From NCBI GenBank assembly GCA_035542735.1, contig DATKKV010000013.1, positions 18,175 to 82,174 on the forward strand: a stretch of DNA of 64,000 bases, given 5' to 3'. Made by a program: the position numbers and the translations under genes. This DNA comes from Bryobacteraceae bacterium. Its GTDB lineage: Bacteria > Acidobacteriota > Terriglobia > Bryobacterales > Bryobacteraceae. The notes beneath the pieces were generated by a model. That model had not been told where the DNA came from. It ran no database searches and saw nothing but the letters and a program-made list of their open reading frames with translations. Within the stretch, counting starts at the first letter, position 1; every line of letters begins with the position of its first letter. Positions 1-8,712 of the stretch are shown here, one piece after another.

Positions 1-1141
1 TTCCGCCAAGGAGATTGTTGAGATGGGTCTCCATCGCGCCGGGATTGTTCATCACCACATCGAATGCTTCGTTCACAATGGTATTTTCCGCGATCACCGT
101 TCCGTAAATCGGCGCAACACCGTATACGTTGATACCCGTTGGTCCCGCCGTGCTTGCGTCCGCATCGTCCGCCCCATTGCCGGAAATGAAATTCCCGACG
201 ATCACGTTGTCGTTCAGGTTCACTGGAGGAGCTCCCGGAGGCGCCGCGTGGTTATGAATGGACACCCCGGGAATCCCGTTGTTCATAATCAGGTTTCCGA
301 TCACCTTATTTCCGAAATTCATGTTGCCTGGCCCCGGCGCGAAAATTCCGATGCCGGCCCCGGCTCCCACTCGCCCATTGCCGGAAGCGATATTGCCCTG
401 AATCGTGTTGTTGAAAATCCCATAGGGCAGTGGGGACGAAGCTTTCGGAGAAGGCGCGTGCGAAGCGAGCGTGATGCCGCAATCCAGTGCATTTTCGTGC
501 ACGTTATTGCCGAGAATCATATTGTCATGGGTCTGCCCCGTTTCGTCACTGAGCAGGATTCCTCCGGAGTTCAAGTCGACCGTGTTGTTGGCCACGGTGG
601 TGTGATCGACACCCACCAAATGTATGCCTTCGCCGCAATCCTCTCCTTCGTTAGTCTCAAAAACGGGCAGCCCCGGACAAGTACCCGCAGCATAGTTGAG
701 GCTCTGATCGTTATCGGTCACGTGATTCTCCGTGATCATGCTGTAGGAGACGTTCGTCAGCAGAATGCCTTCAAAATTCGCGTTCATCACCGTTAGGCCA
801 GTCACGATAACGCCCGACAAACCTGGGTTATCTAAGCCATCCACATAGATTCCATTCGCCAGACCTTTGGCGTTGATGATCGTCGACTCCGGGCCAGAAC
901 CCACCAATGACAGGGGCTTGTTCACTACGACATTCTCAGCATACGACCCGGGCGCGATATTGATGATGTCGTTCGCCGCCGCAGCGCTGACTGCGGCCCC
1001 AATCGTCGCATAGCACCCCTGGCTTCCCGCGGGATTGACGCATCGCGTCCCCGCCAGCGCCGTTTGGCCAAAAACGAACGTGGTAAACAAACCCGACAGC
1101 AGCAGGTTTGCAATAGTGGTTCGTCGCGCACTGAATGGCAT
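1..1141 (-). CDS. secreted right-handed parallel beta-helix repeat protein (pectin-lyase fold); 3' end lies outside the window
   Basis: Absent from the ORF track because it runs off the window edge. Manual reverse translation from ATG 1141..1139 (AAGGAG 5 nt upstream) gives MPFSARRTTIANLLLSGLFTTFVFGQTALAGTRCVNPAGSQGCYATIGAAVSAAAANDIINIAPGSYAENVVVNKPLSLVGSGPESTIINAKG... This is a signal peptide followed by the C..Y.TI..AV...G.Y.E.V start and N/G/I-rich turns typical of beta-helix proteins. The listed + ORF 23..796 is its antisense shadow. Confidence 0.7.
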   Translation of the reverse strand, partial: MPFSARRTTIANLLLSGLFTTFVFGQTALAGTRCVNPAGSQGCYATIGAAVSAAAANDIINIAPGSYAENVVVNKPLSLVGSGPESTIINAKGLANGIYVDGLDNPGLSGVIVTGLTVMNANFEGILLTNVSYSMITENHVTDNDQSLNYAAGTCPGLPVFETNEGEDCGEGIHLVGVDHTTVANNTVDLNSGGILLSDETGQTHDNMILGNNVHENALDCGITLASHAPSPKASSPLPYGIFNNTIQGNIASGNGRVGAGAGIGIFAPGPGNMNFGNKVIGNLIMNNGIPGVSIHNHAAPPGAPPVNLNDNVIVGNFISGNGADDADASTAGPTGINVYGVAPIYGTVIAENTIVNEAFDVVMNNPGAMETHLNNLLGG

Positions 1142-1224
1142 AGTTTCTCCTTGTGCCAGAGTATACACCCGGTCCCTAATGGAAACGCACTAGCAGGTGT
1201 CGCATAGAATGACAGGAGCCACCC

Positions 1225-2067
1225 ATGCGACTCTCGACCTGCCTGTTCCTCGCGACGACCGCTCTCGCGCAGCAGTCCCAGAATCCCTCGCCCATGGTCG
1301 AGCACACCCGCGCACATCCACGGCTCCAGAAAGACGCGCCGCCCGGGCGCCGCGAGCCCCTCGCCGCCGGCACGTTGTTCATCCCGGAGAAGCTTATGAG
1401 AGCGAAGCATCTGCCTCTGTTCGTCCACTTTCATGGATCCGCCTGGGTGGCCGAGGTAGCTGCGGCACGCAGCGGGCGGTTCGCCGTGATCTCGGTCGAG
1501 GCGGGATCGGGCTCTTCCACCTACGCGAAGCGATTTTCCGATCATGCCCTCTTTGACGCGATGCTGCGCGAAGCAAGCCAGAAGACGGGCATCGCGTTCG
1601 GCCCGATCTCTCTCACTGCCTGGAGCGCGGGCCACGGCGCCATTCGCGAGATTCTCTCTGTTCCCGAGAATTACGAGAAGGTGCAGAAGGTCCTGCTCAT
1701 CGATGGACTGCACACCGGCTACGTCAACGGCAAACCGGGGCCGCTGGAATCCCAACTGGAGCCGGACCACCTGGACGTTTTTCTGAAGTTCGCACGCGAT
1801 GCTGTCGCCGGACGCAAGACGATGATCGTCACACATTCCGAAATTTTCCCGGGCACCTTCGCCAGCACCACCGAGACGGCGGATTGGCTGGTAGCACAGC
1901 TCGGCGTGCAGCGGCGCGCGATCCTGCGATGGGGTCCATCGAAAACGCAGCAATTGAGCGAAGTCCGCGCCGGACGATTTCGCATGATGGGCTACGCGGG
2001 GAACTCCGCGCCCGATCACGTGGACGAATTTCACGGCCTGCCGGAATATTTGAAGCTGCTTCGATAG
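1225..2067 (+). CDS. secreted alpha/beta-hydrolase-fold protein (putative esterase)
   Basis: Signal peptide MRLSTCLFLATTALAQQ, an HFHGS segment and a nucleophile-elbow-like AWSAGHG. The family is not otherwise recognised. Confidence 0.5.
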   Translation: MRLSTCLFLATTALAQQSQNPSPMVEHTRAHPRLQKDAPPGRREPLAAGTLFIPEKLMRAKHLPLFVHFHGSAWVAEVAAARSGRFAVISVEAGSGSSTYAKRFSDHALFDAMLREASQKTGIAFGPISLTAWSAGHGAIREILSVPENYEKVQKVLLIDGLHTGYVNGKPGPLESQLEPDHLDVFLKFARDAVAGRKTMIVTHSEIFPGTFASTTETADWLVAQLGVQRRAILRWGPSKTQQLSEVRAGRFRMMGYAGNSAPDHVDEFHGLPEYLKLLR

Positions 2068-2077
2068 AATACATCCC

Positions 2078-3025
2078 ATGAAACGAAGCGAATTTATTTC
2101 GCGCATGACCGGCAGCGCGTTCGCGCTTTCCACCGCCAGCGCGGCCACCGACGAAGGACCTTTTCCCGCCACCGAAGTGGAAATTGAGCGCGCGCGGCCC
2201 GGCAAGCCACACACCGGGAAAGTGCTCGCGGCAATTCAGCCGCATGCCGACGACCTTCCCATTTTTGCCGGAGGCGTCGTCTTGAAACTGATTGCGGAAG
2301 GCTACACCGGCTACCTGATCCGCACCACCAACGACGACCATACTGGCCCCGGCACGGTGGGCGAAGGCGTGCTCGCCAACGAGCGCGATAACCTGGCCGT
2401 CGCCAAGGAATTCGGTCTGAAAAAGACCTACGATCTGAATTATCGCAACCACATGATGGACAGCGTCGCGCCGGTTGAACTTCGCATGCGGCTGATCTTC
2501 CTTTTTCGGCTGCTCAAGGTGGATACGGTGATTTGTTACGACCCCTGGTCGCACTACGAGGAGAATCCCGACCACTATGTCACCGCGAGAGCGGTCGAAG
2601 CTGCTTGCTGGATGGCCGCCGGCAGCAAGGATTTTCCGGAGCACTTCGACGCCGGTGTGACACCCCATGCCGTGAAGGAAAAGTATTATTTCGCCCGGGG
2701 CCCGCAGTACGTCAATCGAGCCGTCGACATCACCGATTTCATGGACCGCAAGATCGGCGTCAATCTGCTCAACACGGCGCAAGGGCCGGCCGGCCATCAG
2801 GGCGCGCAGCTTCGCCAGCGTCTCGCACAACAGGGCTTGAAGCTTCCCTTGCTCGGCAGCGATGACGAAACCGCGAATCGCGAATACACCCGCCAGTTCG
2901 TGCTGGAGCGCGACGCGGAAATCGGCATGAAATTCGGCCTGAAGTACGCGGAAGCGTACCACTACATCGGGCCGGAGCCGACGAAGGTCGACGATTACAT
3001 CCGCAAGAACGTCGTGAAGCTCTAA
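2078..3025 (+). CDS. PIG-L/LmbE family deacetylase
   Basis: IQPHADDLP (AHPDD-type motif) and EENPDHY metal-ligand motif at the spacing typical of LmbE-like enzymes. Confidence 0.6.
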   Translation: MKRSEFISRMTGSAFALSTASAATDEGPFPATEVEIERARPGKPHTGKVLAAIQPHADDLPIFAGGVVLKLIAEGYTGYLIRTTNDDHTGPGTVGEGVLANERDNLAVAKEFGLKKTYDLNYRNHMMDSVAPVELRMRLIFLFRLLKVDTVICYDPWSHYEENPDHYVTARAVEAACWMAAGSKDFPEHFDAGVTPHAVKEKYYFARGPQYVNRAVDITDFMDRKIGVNLLNTAQGPAGHQGAQLRQRLAQQGLKLPLLGSDDETANREYTRQFVLERDAEIGMKFGLKYAEAYHYIGPEPTKVDDYIRKNVVKL

Positions 3026-3044
3026 CCAGAGTCATGAAAAAGCC

Positions 3045-3074
3045 CCTGGCGCTCGACCTAAGTCCTGCGCCAGG
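3045..3074 (-). terminator. putative intrinsic terminator for the minus-strand gene 3106..3657
   Basis: CCTGGCGC (3045..3052) and GCGCCAGG (3067..3074) form an 8-bp stem with a 14-nt loop. On the minus-strand RNA the stem is followed by GGCUUUUUC. Confidence 0.45.
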
Positions 3075-3105
3075 AGCCGTTCGCGATCTCAGATCGCGGA
3101 TTCGC

Positions 3106-3657
3106 TCAACCGGTGATTTCCAGTCTGCTCCCGAGCCGATCCAGCTTCTGCTTCAAGTCTCCGTAGGTCAGGAAGTCCTTGATCAGAGTCTCCAGGTTCC
3201 CAGCCAGATCGCTGTTTGCTTTCACCCAATCCCTGAATTCGGGGAAATGAGTCTTTGTTTTGTTCGCGTTGAAGAACGTGATCATCCTTTGGGTATTCTC
3301 CGCCAACTCCTTGAGCAGGGGATCGACCCGCCAAATGGCGGTCTTTTGCCAGATAGAACCGTTCGCCTCGGCGTCCCGCAGCTTTGCAAGCAGCTTTCCT
3401 GTAGTGTTGACATGTTGCTTCATCAGCTCCAGCTTTTCGGCGTAGCTCTCCGGGCTATAACTCGACCGGGTGTACATCTCCATGTCTTCGGCATCGTGCC
3501 TCAAGTCGATTGCCTGAACTCTCGCGTCCGCTAGAAGCTTTGTAATTTCGGGTGAATCGGGCGTGTCTGCCGCCTTCATCGTTGCGGGCATCATCAGATA
3601 CCCTGCGACGAGAAGCGCTAAGGTTGCCAGACTCGCAATCAGACGATAGTTTTTCAT
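3106..3657 (-). CDS. hypothetical secreted/membrane-anchored helical protein
   Basis: Start trimmed to MKNYRLIASLATLALLVAGYL, with GGAGG 4 nt upstream. The gene is visibly more AT-rich than its neighbours. No family recognised. Confidence 0.5.
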   Translation of the reverse strand: MKNYRLIASLATLALLVAGYLMMPATMKAADTPDSPEITKLLADARVQAIDLRHDAEDMEMYTRSSYSPESYAEKLELMKQHVNTTGKLLAKLRDAEANGSIWQKTAIWRVDPLLKELAENTQRMITFFNANKTKTHFPEFRDWVKANSDLAGNLETLIKDFLTYGDLKQKLDRLGSRLEITG

Positions 3658-3894
3658 ACAGCCTCCAAAGCCCACAGAGGCCGCTGTTACGCTTGCCCGA
3701 TGTGGGCAATTACCTCAATCACCGGATGCCGACACTTCTGTCGCATCCACCCAGCATTGTGCAATCGCTGTGCCATTCGGATTCTGGCCTCTTGCGGCAA
3801 AATAGCTTACGCTCGCGCATTTTTTGGGCGAGAGCACCCAGGAATCTCATTTAAAATGAGTGGGCTGCCCCAAAGGCAGGCGATTGTCACGGGC

Positions 3895-4560
3895 CTAGTG
3901 GTCCGCATGACGCACGGCTATCGTGAAGCCGTCGTGACCTTTGCTGCCGACCGTCTGAATCGCGGTCGCGCTCACCCTCCGCTCGGCAGCGAGCGCTTCA
4001 TTGAATCGCCGGATTCCCTGGACGTTCACGTCAGTGCTGGCAGGGTCGGCGACGGCCCCGCTACGAACCACGTTATCGGCAATGATCAGGCTGCCCGGAC
4101 GCGACAGCTTCACCGCCCATTGAAGATATTCCCTGTAGCTCGGCTTGTCGGCGTCGATAAAGATCAGGTCGAAGGGAGCCTCGTCCGCCAAGTCAGGCAG
4201 GGTGTCGATTGCGCGGCCCAGGCGGACTTCGACCTGCCCGCTGAGCCCCGCCCGCGCGATGTTCTGGCGCGCGACCTCGGCATGCCTGTCTGAGAATTCC
4301 AGCGTAATCAACCGCCCACCATCTGCGAGCCCACGAGCCAGCCAGATGGTGCTGTAGCCGCCCAGCGTGCCGATTTCCAAGATCTTCCTCGCTCCCGTCA
4401 CCCGTGCCAGCAGCATCAGCATCTTGCCCTGGTGAGGAGAGACGGCAATCGCCGGCAATCCTGCTTCGGCGGAAGACCGTAGGGCCACCTCCAGAACCTC
4501 ATCGCGAGGGATCAGCAGGTCAGCGTAGTAGTTGTCAATCTCGGTCCAGAGAAGGTTCAT
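3895..4560 (-). CDS. class I SAM-dependent O-methyltransferase (family 3, caffeoyl-CoA OMT-like)
   Basis: SAM-binding ILEIGTLGGYS and DLIFIDADK motifs; length ~220 aa. Confidence 0.85.
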   Translation of the reverse strand: MNLLWTEIDNYYADLLIPRDEVLEVALRSSAEAGLPAIAVSPHQGKMLMLLARVTGARKILEIGTLGGYSTIWLARGLADGGRLITLEFSDRHAEVARQNIARAGLSGQVEVRLGRAIDTLPDLADEAPFDLIFIDADKPSYREYLQWAVKLSRPGSLIIADNVVRSGAVADPASTDVNVQGIRRFNEALAAERRVSATAIQTVGSKGHDGFTIAVRHADH

Positions 4561-4565
4561 CCACT

Positions 4566-4784
4566 TCAGCTCGCTGCGGGGACTTCAAGGTATTCCGCGG
4601 CGGTGGTAGGTACTGGAATCGGATCGCCGTCCTCGCGCATTCCCGCCAGGTGCATCTCGATGGCACGCTCCATCAGCGCCTTCGTGTCTCGGAGATCGTC
4701 GCAGGCTGCTACGCATCCCGGAAGATCGGGAGCATAGCAAATACAACCAGTGCTTGTCTTTTCGTAGATCACGACGTATTTCAT
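4566..4784 (-). CDS. hicB: HicB-family type II antitoxin
   Basis: MKYVVIYEKTSTGCICYAPDLPGCVAACDDLRDTKALMERAIEMHL matches the HicB/UPF0150 N-terminal fold pattern. Its ATG overlaps the stop of the hicA remnant (ATGA). Confidence 0.8.
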   Translation of the reverse strand: MKYVVIYEKTSTGCICYAPDLPGCVAACDDLRDTKALMERAIEMHLAGMREDGDPIPVPTTAAEYLEVPAAS

Positions 4785-4970
4785 AGTTGTATGCCGGCCT
4801 GCCTGAGAATGCTCTTCAAAGTACCTGGGGCCGCTTCCTTCGAAGGGTGTCCCGCAATAGTCACGCGCCCTGACTTAACAGGATGTTTGAACGGTCGATG
4901 GCTCCCTTCTCGCGAGACGAGCCTCCATCCATCTTTGCTGAACTATTCTGAGAATGTCCCGATACTTCAC
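4781..4970 (-). pseudogene. hicA: hicA mRNA-interferase toxin, disrupted by a 1-nt frameshift
   Basis: Manual translation: GTG 4970 gives VKYRDILRIVQQ. The rest, DGWRLVSREGSHRPFKHPVKSGRVTIAGHPSKEAAPGTLKSILRQAGIQL*, is in the adjacent frame, after the AAA run at 4934..4936. The span is 190 nt, i.e. 63 codons plus 1. Confidence 0.75.
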
Positions 4971-5088
4971 GAACAATTATAAATCAGCCGACTTCCCCGT
5001 CAGGATTGCTCAAAATCATCCGAATCCAGTTGACCCGACGCGAACGCCACGTGTTCCGATCCTGCTATCATCGAATTTACTCCGAAAA

Positions 5089-5931
5089 ATGAACACATCT
5101 GCCACCGAAATCGTCTGCGCCCATAGCCCGGACTCCGACGACGCGTACATGTTCTACGCGCTCGCCACCAAGAAGATTCGTTCTTCGCTTGTTGAGTTCC
5201 GCCACGTGCTCGACGATATTCAAACGCTGAACCAAAAGGCTCGCGCCGGCGAGTACGAACTGACGGCCGTCTCCTATCACGCCTATCCGTTCATCGCCGA
5301 CAAATACAGGCTGATGGCCTCCGGTTCCAGCATCGGCGACGGTTACGGCCCCATGGTGGTTTCGCTCCGCCCGATGTCTTTGAACGATCTGAAGGGCAAG
5401 CGCATCGCGATTCCCGGCAAGCTCACCACCGCCTATCTAACCCTGATGCTGATGCAGCCCGACTTCGACGCCGTAGACGTGCCGTTCGACAAAATCCTAA
5501 GCACCGTGCAGGAAGGCCGCGCCGACGCCGGCCTGATCATCCACGAAGCTCAGTTGACTTACGCCAAGGGCGGGTTCCATAACGTTGTCGATCTGGGCCG
5601 CTGGTGGAAAGACAAGTACAACCTCCCGCTGCCGCTGGGCGCGAACGTGCTCCGGCGCGATCTTTCGCACGAAATCAGCACGGAATGCTGCCGTCTGATG
5701 CGGGAAAGTATTCAATACGCATTGGATCATCGCGAGGAAGCGTTAGTCTACGCGATGCAATTTGCCCGCGACATGGAAGCGCCCCTGGCGGAGAAATTCG
5801 TGGGCATGTACGTAAATCACTACACCGTGGATTGCGGCGAAGTGGTGCCGGTGGCGGCGCAAAAACTGCTCGACTTGGGTTTCGAGGCCGGCATTATTCC
5901 GCACCGCGTGACCGTCGAGTTCGTCCGGTGA
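5089..5931 (+). CDS. MqnA/MqnD-family menaquinone (futalosine pathway) biosynthesis protein
   Basis: Start trimmed to MNTSATEIVCAHSPDSDDAYMFYAL, which is the HSP..D..FYAL signature of the MqnA/MqnD periplasmic-binding-like fold. Confidence 0.6.
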   Translation: MNTSATEIVCAHSPDSDDAYMFYALATKKIRSSLVEFRHVLDDIQTLNQKARAGEYELTAVSYHAYPFIADKYRLMASGSSIGDGYGPMVVSLRPMSLNDLKGKRIAIPGKLTTAYLTLMLMQPDFDAVDVPFDKILSTVQEGRADAGLIIHEAQLTYAKGGFHNVVDLGRWWKDKYNLPLPLGANVLRRDLSHEISTECCRLMRESIQYALDHREEALVYAMQFARDMEAPLAEKFVGMYVNHYTVDCGEVVPVAAQKLLDLGFEAGIIPHRVTVEFVR

Positions 5932-7199
5932 AACTGACCATAACTTTCGCCATTCTCGCGAGCCTCGCCTTCGCCCAGCAGGACGCCAAGCAGCGCGCCC
6001 GCGCGGCCCGCGAACTGGGCAAACAAGGCGAGGATGCCATTCCCAAACTGCTCGCCTACGTGAACGATGCCGATATTTCCGTCCGCATTGAGGCCGTCAA
6101 GGCTTTGGACGAGATCGGCGGGCCGAAGACCGTGGACCCGCTCGTGAAGCTCTGCTCAGACCCAGATCCCGAGGTCGAAATCCGCGCCACGGACGGCCTG
6201 GTGAACGTCTACTTGCCCGGCTATATCAAAACAGGGGTCAGCGGCTCCTTGCAGCGGATTGGGACGTCAATTAAGGCAAAGTTCAGCGACACCAACAGCC
6301 AGGTGATCGACGCCTACGTGGAAGTTCGCCCTGAAGTGATCGCGGCGCTGGGCAAAATGGTCCGCACCGGTCCTGGAATCGATGTTCGCGCAAACGCTGC
6401 CCGCGCTATTGGTATCCTGCGCGGCCGCGCCGCGATTCCGGATCTGATTGAGGCCCTGCATTCGAAGCAGGATTCGGTGATGTTCGAATCGCTCACCGCC
6501 ATCGAAAAGATCCGCGATCCATCCGCCGCCCCGCGCATCGCCTTCCTGCTGCGGGATCTTGAGGAAAAAATCCAAATCGCCGCCCTGAGCACCACAGGAA
6601 TCCTGCTGAATCGCGATGCCGCGCCCGACGTCCGCGACGCGCTACAGCACGCCCGCAGCATCCGCGTCCGCCGAGCCGCGCTGACCGCGCTGGCCATGCT
6701 CGGCGTCCCTGCTGATCACGCGATTTTCCTCGGCTATTTATCGGATAAGGACGACAGCCTGCGAGCGGCTGCCGCGGAAGGACTGGCAAGGATCCGAAAT
6801 CCGATCGATCGACCGACACTCGATGGCTACTTCAAGAGCGAGCACAGGATGGGGCCTCGGCTGGCGGACGCGTTTGCGCTGGTGTCGCTGGGGAATCTCG
6901 ATACTGGCGAATTCAGCCCGTTGCGCTACCTGGTCAACACGCTGAATGTACGGAGCTACCAGGGCGTCGCGCTCGCGTATGTAACGGAACTGGCTCGGGA
7001 TCAGAAAATCCGGCTCGCGATTTATCCCATGCTTCCCGGCGCAACACGCGACGAGAAGATACAACTTTGCACGGTGTTCGCGAGGTCGGGCGAGAAGGAT
7101 TCCGAGACGTACCTCCAGACTCTGTCGGTCGATCCGGATAAGGATGTGGCGCAGGAAGCGATTCGCAGCCTGCGCACTTTGCGCGCCCGCCTGCCGTAA
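5928..7199 (+). CDS. secreted HEAT (PBS-lyase-type) repeat protein
   Basis: GTG 5928 overlaps the upstream stop (GTGA). Signal peptide VKLTITFAILASLAFAQQ. Repeated D..VR..A..AL..IG motifs. The upstream part of ORF 5604..7199 overlaps the mqn gene and is rejected. Confidence 0.6.
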   Translation: MKLTITFAILASLAFAQQDAKQRARAARELGKQGEDAIPKLLAYVNDADISVRIEAVKALDEIGGPKTVDPLVKLCSDPDPEVEIRATDGLVNVYLPGYIKTGVSGSLQRIGTSIKAKFSDTNSQVIDAYVEVRPEVIAALGKMVRTGPGIDVRANAARAIGILRGRAAIPDLIEALHSKQDSVMFESLTAIEKIRDPSAAPRIAFLLRDLEEKIQIAALSTTGILLNRDAAPDVRDALQHARSIRVRRAALTALAMLGVPADHAIFLGYLSDKDDSLRAAAAEGLARIRNPIDRPTLDGYFKSEHRMGPRLADAFALVSLGNLDTGEFSPLRYLVNTLNVRSYQGVALAYVTELARDQKIRLAIYPMLPGATRDEKIQLCTVFARSGEKDSETYLQTLSVDPDKDVAQEAIRSLRTLRARLP

Positions 7200-7206
7200 A
7201 CGGAAC

Positions 7207-7416
7207 TTATTTCGCCTTTTTCTGCTTCTGTTGGCCGACGCGGATCTTGAACTGCTTCGCCTGGGATTCGGCATAAGCCTTCCAGTCAAAGCGCTGGGAA
7301 GCTTCCGAAAGATAGGCGTTTACATCGACGTTCTTGGGCAGAACGGCCATCAAACTGGCCGTGGCGGTGCCATCGGGGCTGGTAATGCGGTACCGCTTAA
7401 CATTGGGAATGCTCAT
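7207..7416 (-). CDS. small hypothetical protein (69 aa, Lys-rich C-terminus)
   Basis: ORF only; no family recognised. Confidence 0.4.
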   Translation of the reverse strand: MSIPNVKRYRITSPDGTATASLMAVLPKNVDVNAYLSEASQRFDWKAYAESQAKQFKIRVGQQKQKKAK

Positions 7417-7444
7417 AACGACTCTTAGGATAGCATAGCCGCGC

Positions 7445-8656
7445 TTATTGGCGTTGCGTCAGAGCGTTTTCATTGAGCAATTTGACCACTCGGGCCTCAA
7501 AGTCTTCCTTGGCCTGAGCAAACAATTCGCCGCTGGCCGAACTCGGAAATCCGGCGTGGGTTCCGCGCACCAGACCGTCGCGTCCGATGAAGAACGTCGT
7601 CGGCCAGGCGCTCCAGTTCTGGGCCTGAGAGAGCTTCTCCGTCGCCTCGGCAGTGTCGCCGGCCAGCAGAACGGTGTACTCGATGCCGTATTTCTTTAGG
7701 AAAGCCCGCAGCCGCTCCGGGTCCTTCAACTGATCTGCTTCCTCGAAATCGAGAGCGACGAGTTCCAGCCCTTGTGCGCGGTATTTCCGATACATCGCCA
7801 CCAGGAACGGAGCCTCGTCGTGGCAGTTCGGGCACCAGCTCCCCGTAATGTTGATCAGCACGACCTTGCCCGCAAACCGGGGATCCTCGTTCGTGACGAG
7901 CTTGCCGTTCAGATCGTGAAACGCGAACGTGAACGGTTTGGTCGGGTCCTTCAAGGACGTGAACTTCGACGGATCGGAAGGCTCGGGCAGGCCATTGGCT
8001 TTCGCCTGATCGGCCCGGATAGCCGTGAACTTTGTTCTCCCGTTTTCGAGGAGTTCAAGGGTTCCATCGGCGGCCGGCTTCACCTCGAAAACCGCCGGCC
8101 GGGCGCCGGAAAAATGGCTCAGCAGGAACTTGCCGTCTTTGTACGCGCCTTGCAGCGCTCCGGTGTCGCCATCGATGCGTAGAATAGCCGCCGAAACCTC
8201 CGGCCCGGACTGCCGCACGATGAACTGCCAGGCATTCTCGCCTTTCTTGCTCTTGGTCGGGATAATCCACAGCCCGGCGATCTGCGGAACGTCCTCGCTC
8301 GCGAGCGGCGACGGCGCGAAGTGCCGCGCTTCAAAGGGATAGACAGTCGTTTCGTCGCGTCCGACGCGCGTGTAGGTGCCCTTAATCACTCCGTCTTGCA
8401 CGGTCGCCTGAAGCCTGGATGCCGTGTAATCCCATTTCAAATCTATCTGGCTATTGGCATAGCGTCCACTCGACGAGGTGAACTTCACGTCGCCATTGAA
8501 GAATGTTCCGGAGACACTTGCCCCCTCGCCCGCGATCTCAAATCGGAAAGGGACGTTGACGCCCTTGACGTTAACGGAGGCATCCCAAAGTCCGGACAGG
8601 GATTGCCCGATGGCGAGGGGCGCGAGCAGAAGCGTGACAACGGAGAGGAGTTTCAT
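7445..8656 (-). CDS. secreted TlpA-like thiol:disulfide oxidoreductase (thioredoxin fold) with a ~250-aa N-terminal extra domain
   Basis: Signal peptide MKLLSVVTLLLAPLAIGQ and active-site INITGSWCPNCHDEAP (CxxC). Confidence 0.8.
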   Translation of the reverse strand: MKLLSVVTLLLAPLAIGQSLSGLWDASVNVKGVNVPFRFEIAGEGASVSGTFFNGDVKFTSSSGRYANSQIDLKWDYTASRLQATVQDGVIKGTYTRVGRDETTVYPFEARHFAPSPLASEDVPQIAGLWIIPTKSKKGENAWQFIVRQSGPEVSAAILRIDGDTGALQGAYKDGKFLLSHFSGARPAVFEVKPAADGTLELLENGRTKFTAIRADQAKANGLPEPSDPSKFTSLKDPTKPFTFAFHDLNGKLVTNEDPRFAGKVVLINITGSWCPNCHDEAPFLVAMYRKYRAQGLELVALDFEEADQLKDPERLRAFLKKYGIEYTVLLAGDTAEATEKLSQAQNWSAWPTTFFIGRDGLVRGTHAGFPSSASGELFAQAKEDFEARVVKLLNENALTQRQ

Positions 8657-8712
8657 AGACTACTATTCCGATGGGAATTGTAGCATAGTGGATTCAGAGT
8701 AGTTTAGGCGAG

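Noticed and set aside
23-796. 257-aa plus-strand ORF at the window start
   Set aside because: It is antisense to the much more convincing minus-strand beta-helix gene (1..1141). Its His/Arg/Val-rich sequence has no recognisable motifs and is a typical high-GC shadow ORF.
925-2962. Long minus-strand ORFs 925..2214 (429 aa) and 1829..2962 (377 aa)
   Set aside because: They are antisense to the esterase-like and PIG-L genes. They are Arg/Ala/Gly-rich low-complexity translations that cross two well-supported plus-strand genes.
4954-5088. N-terminal extensions offered by the ORF track (4954 for mqn, 5604 for HEAT, 11298 for ADOP, 15087 for ygfZ, 36350 for recQ, 39348 for glnD, 40021 for glnK, 43235 for NHL, 29547 for the phosphoesterase)
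   Set aside because: Each extension overlaps the neighbouring gene or the hicA remnant and lacks family-typical sequence. Internal starts that restore canonical N-termini or signal peptides, and that create ATGA/GTGA junctions, were preferred.
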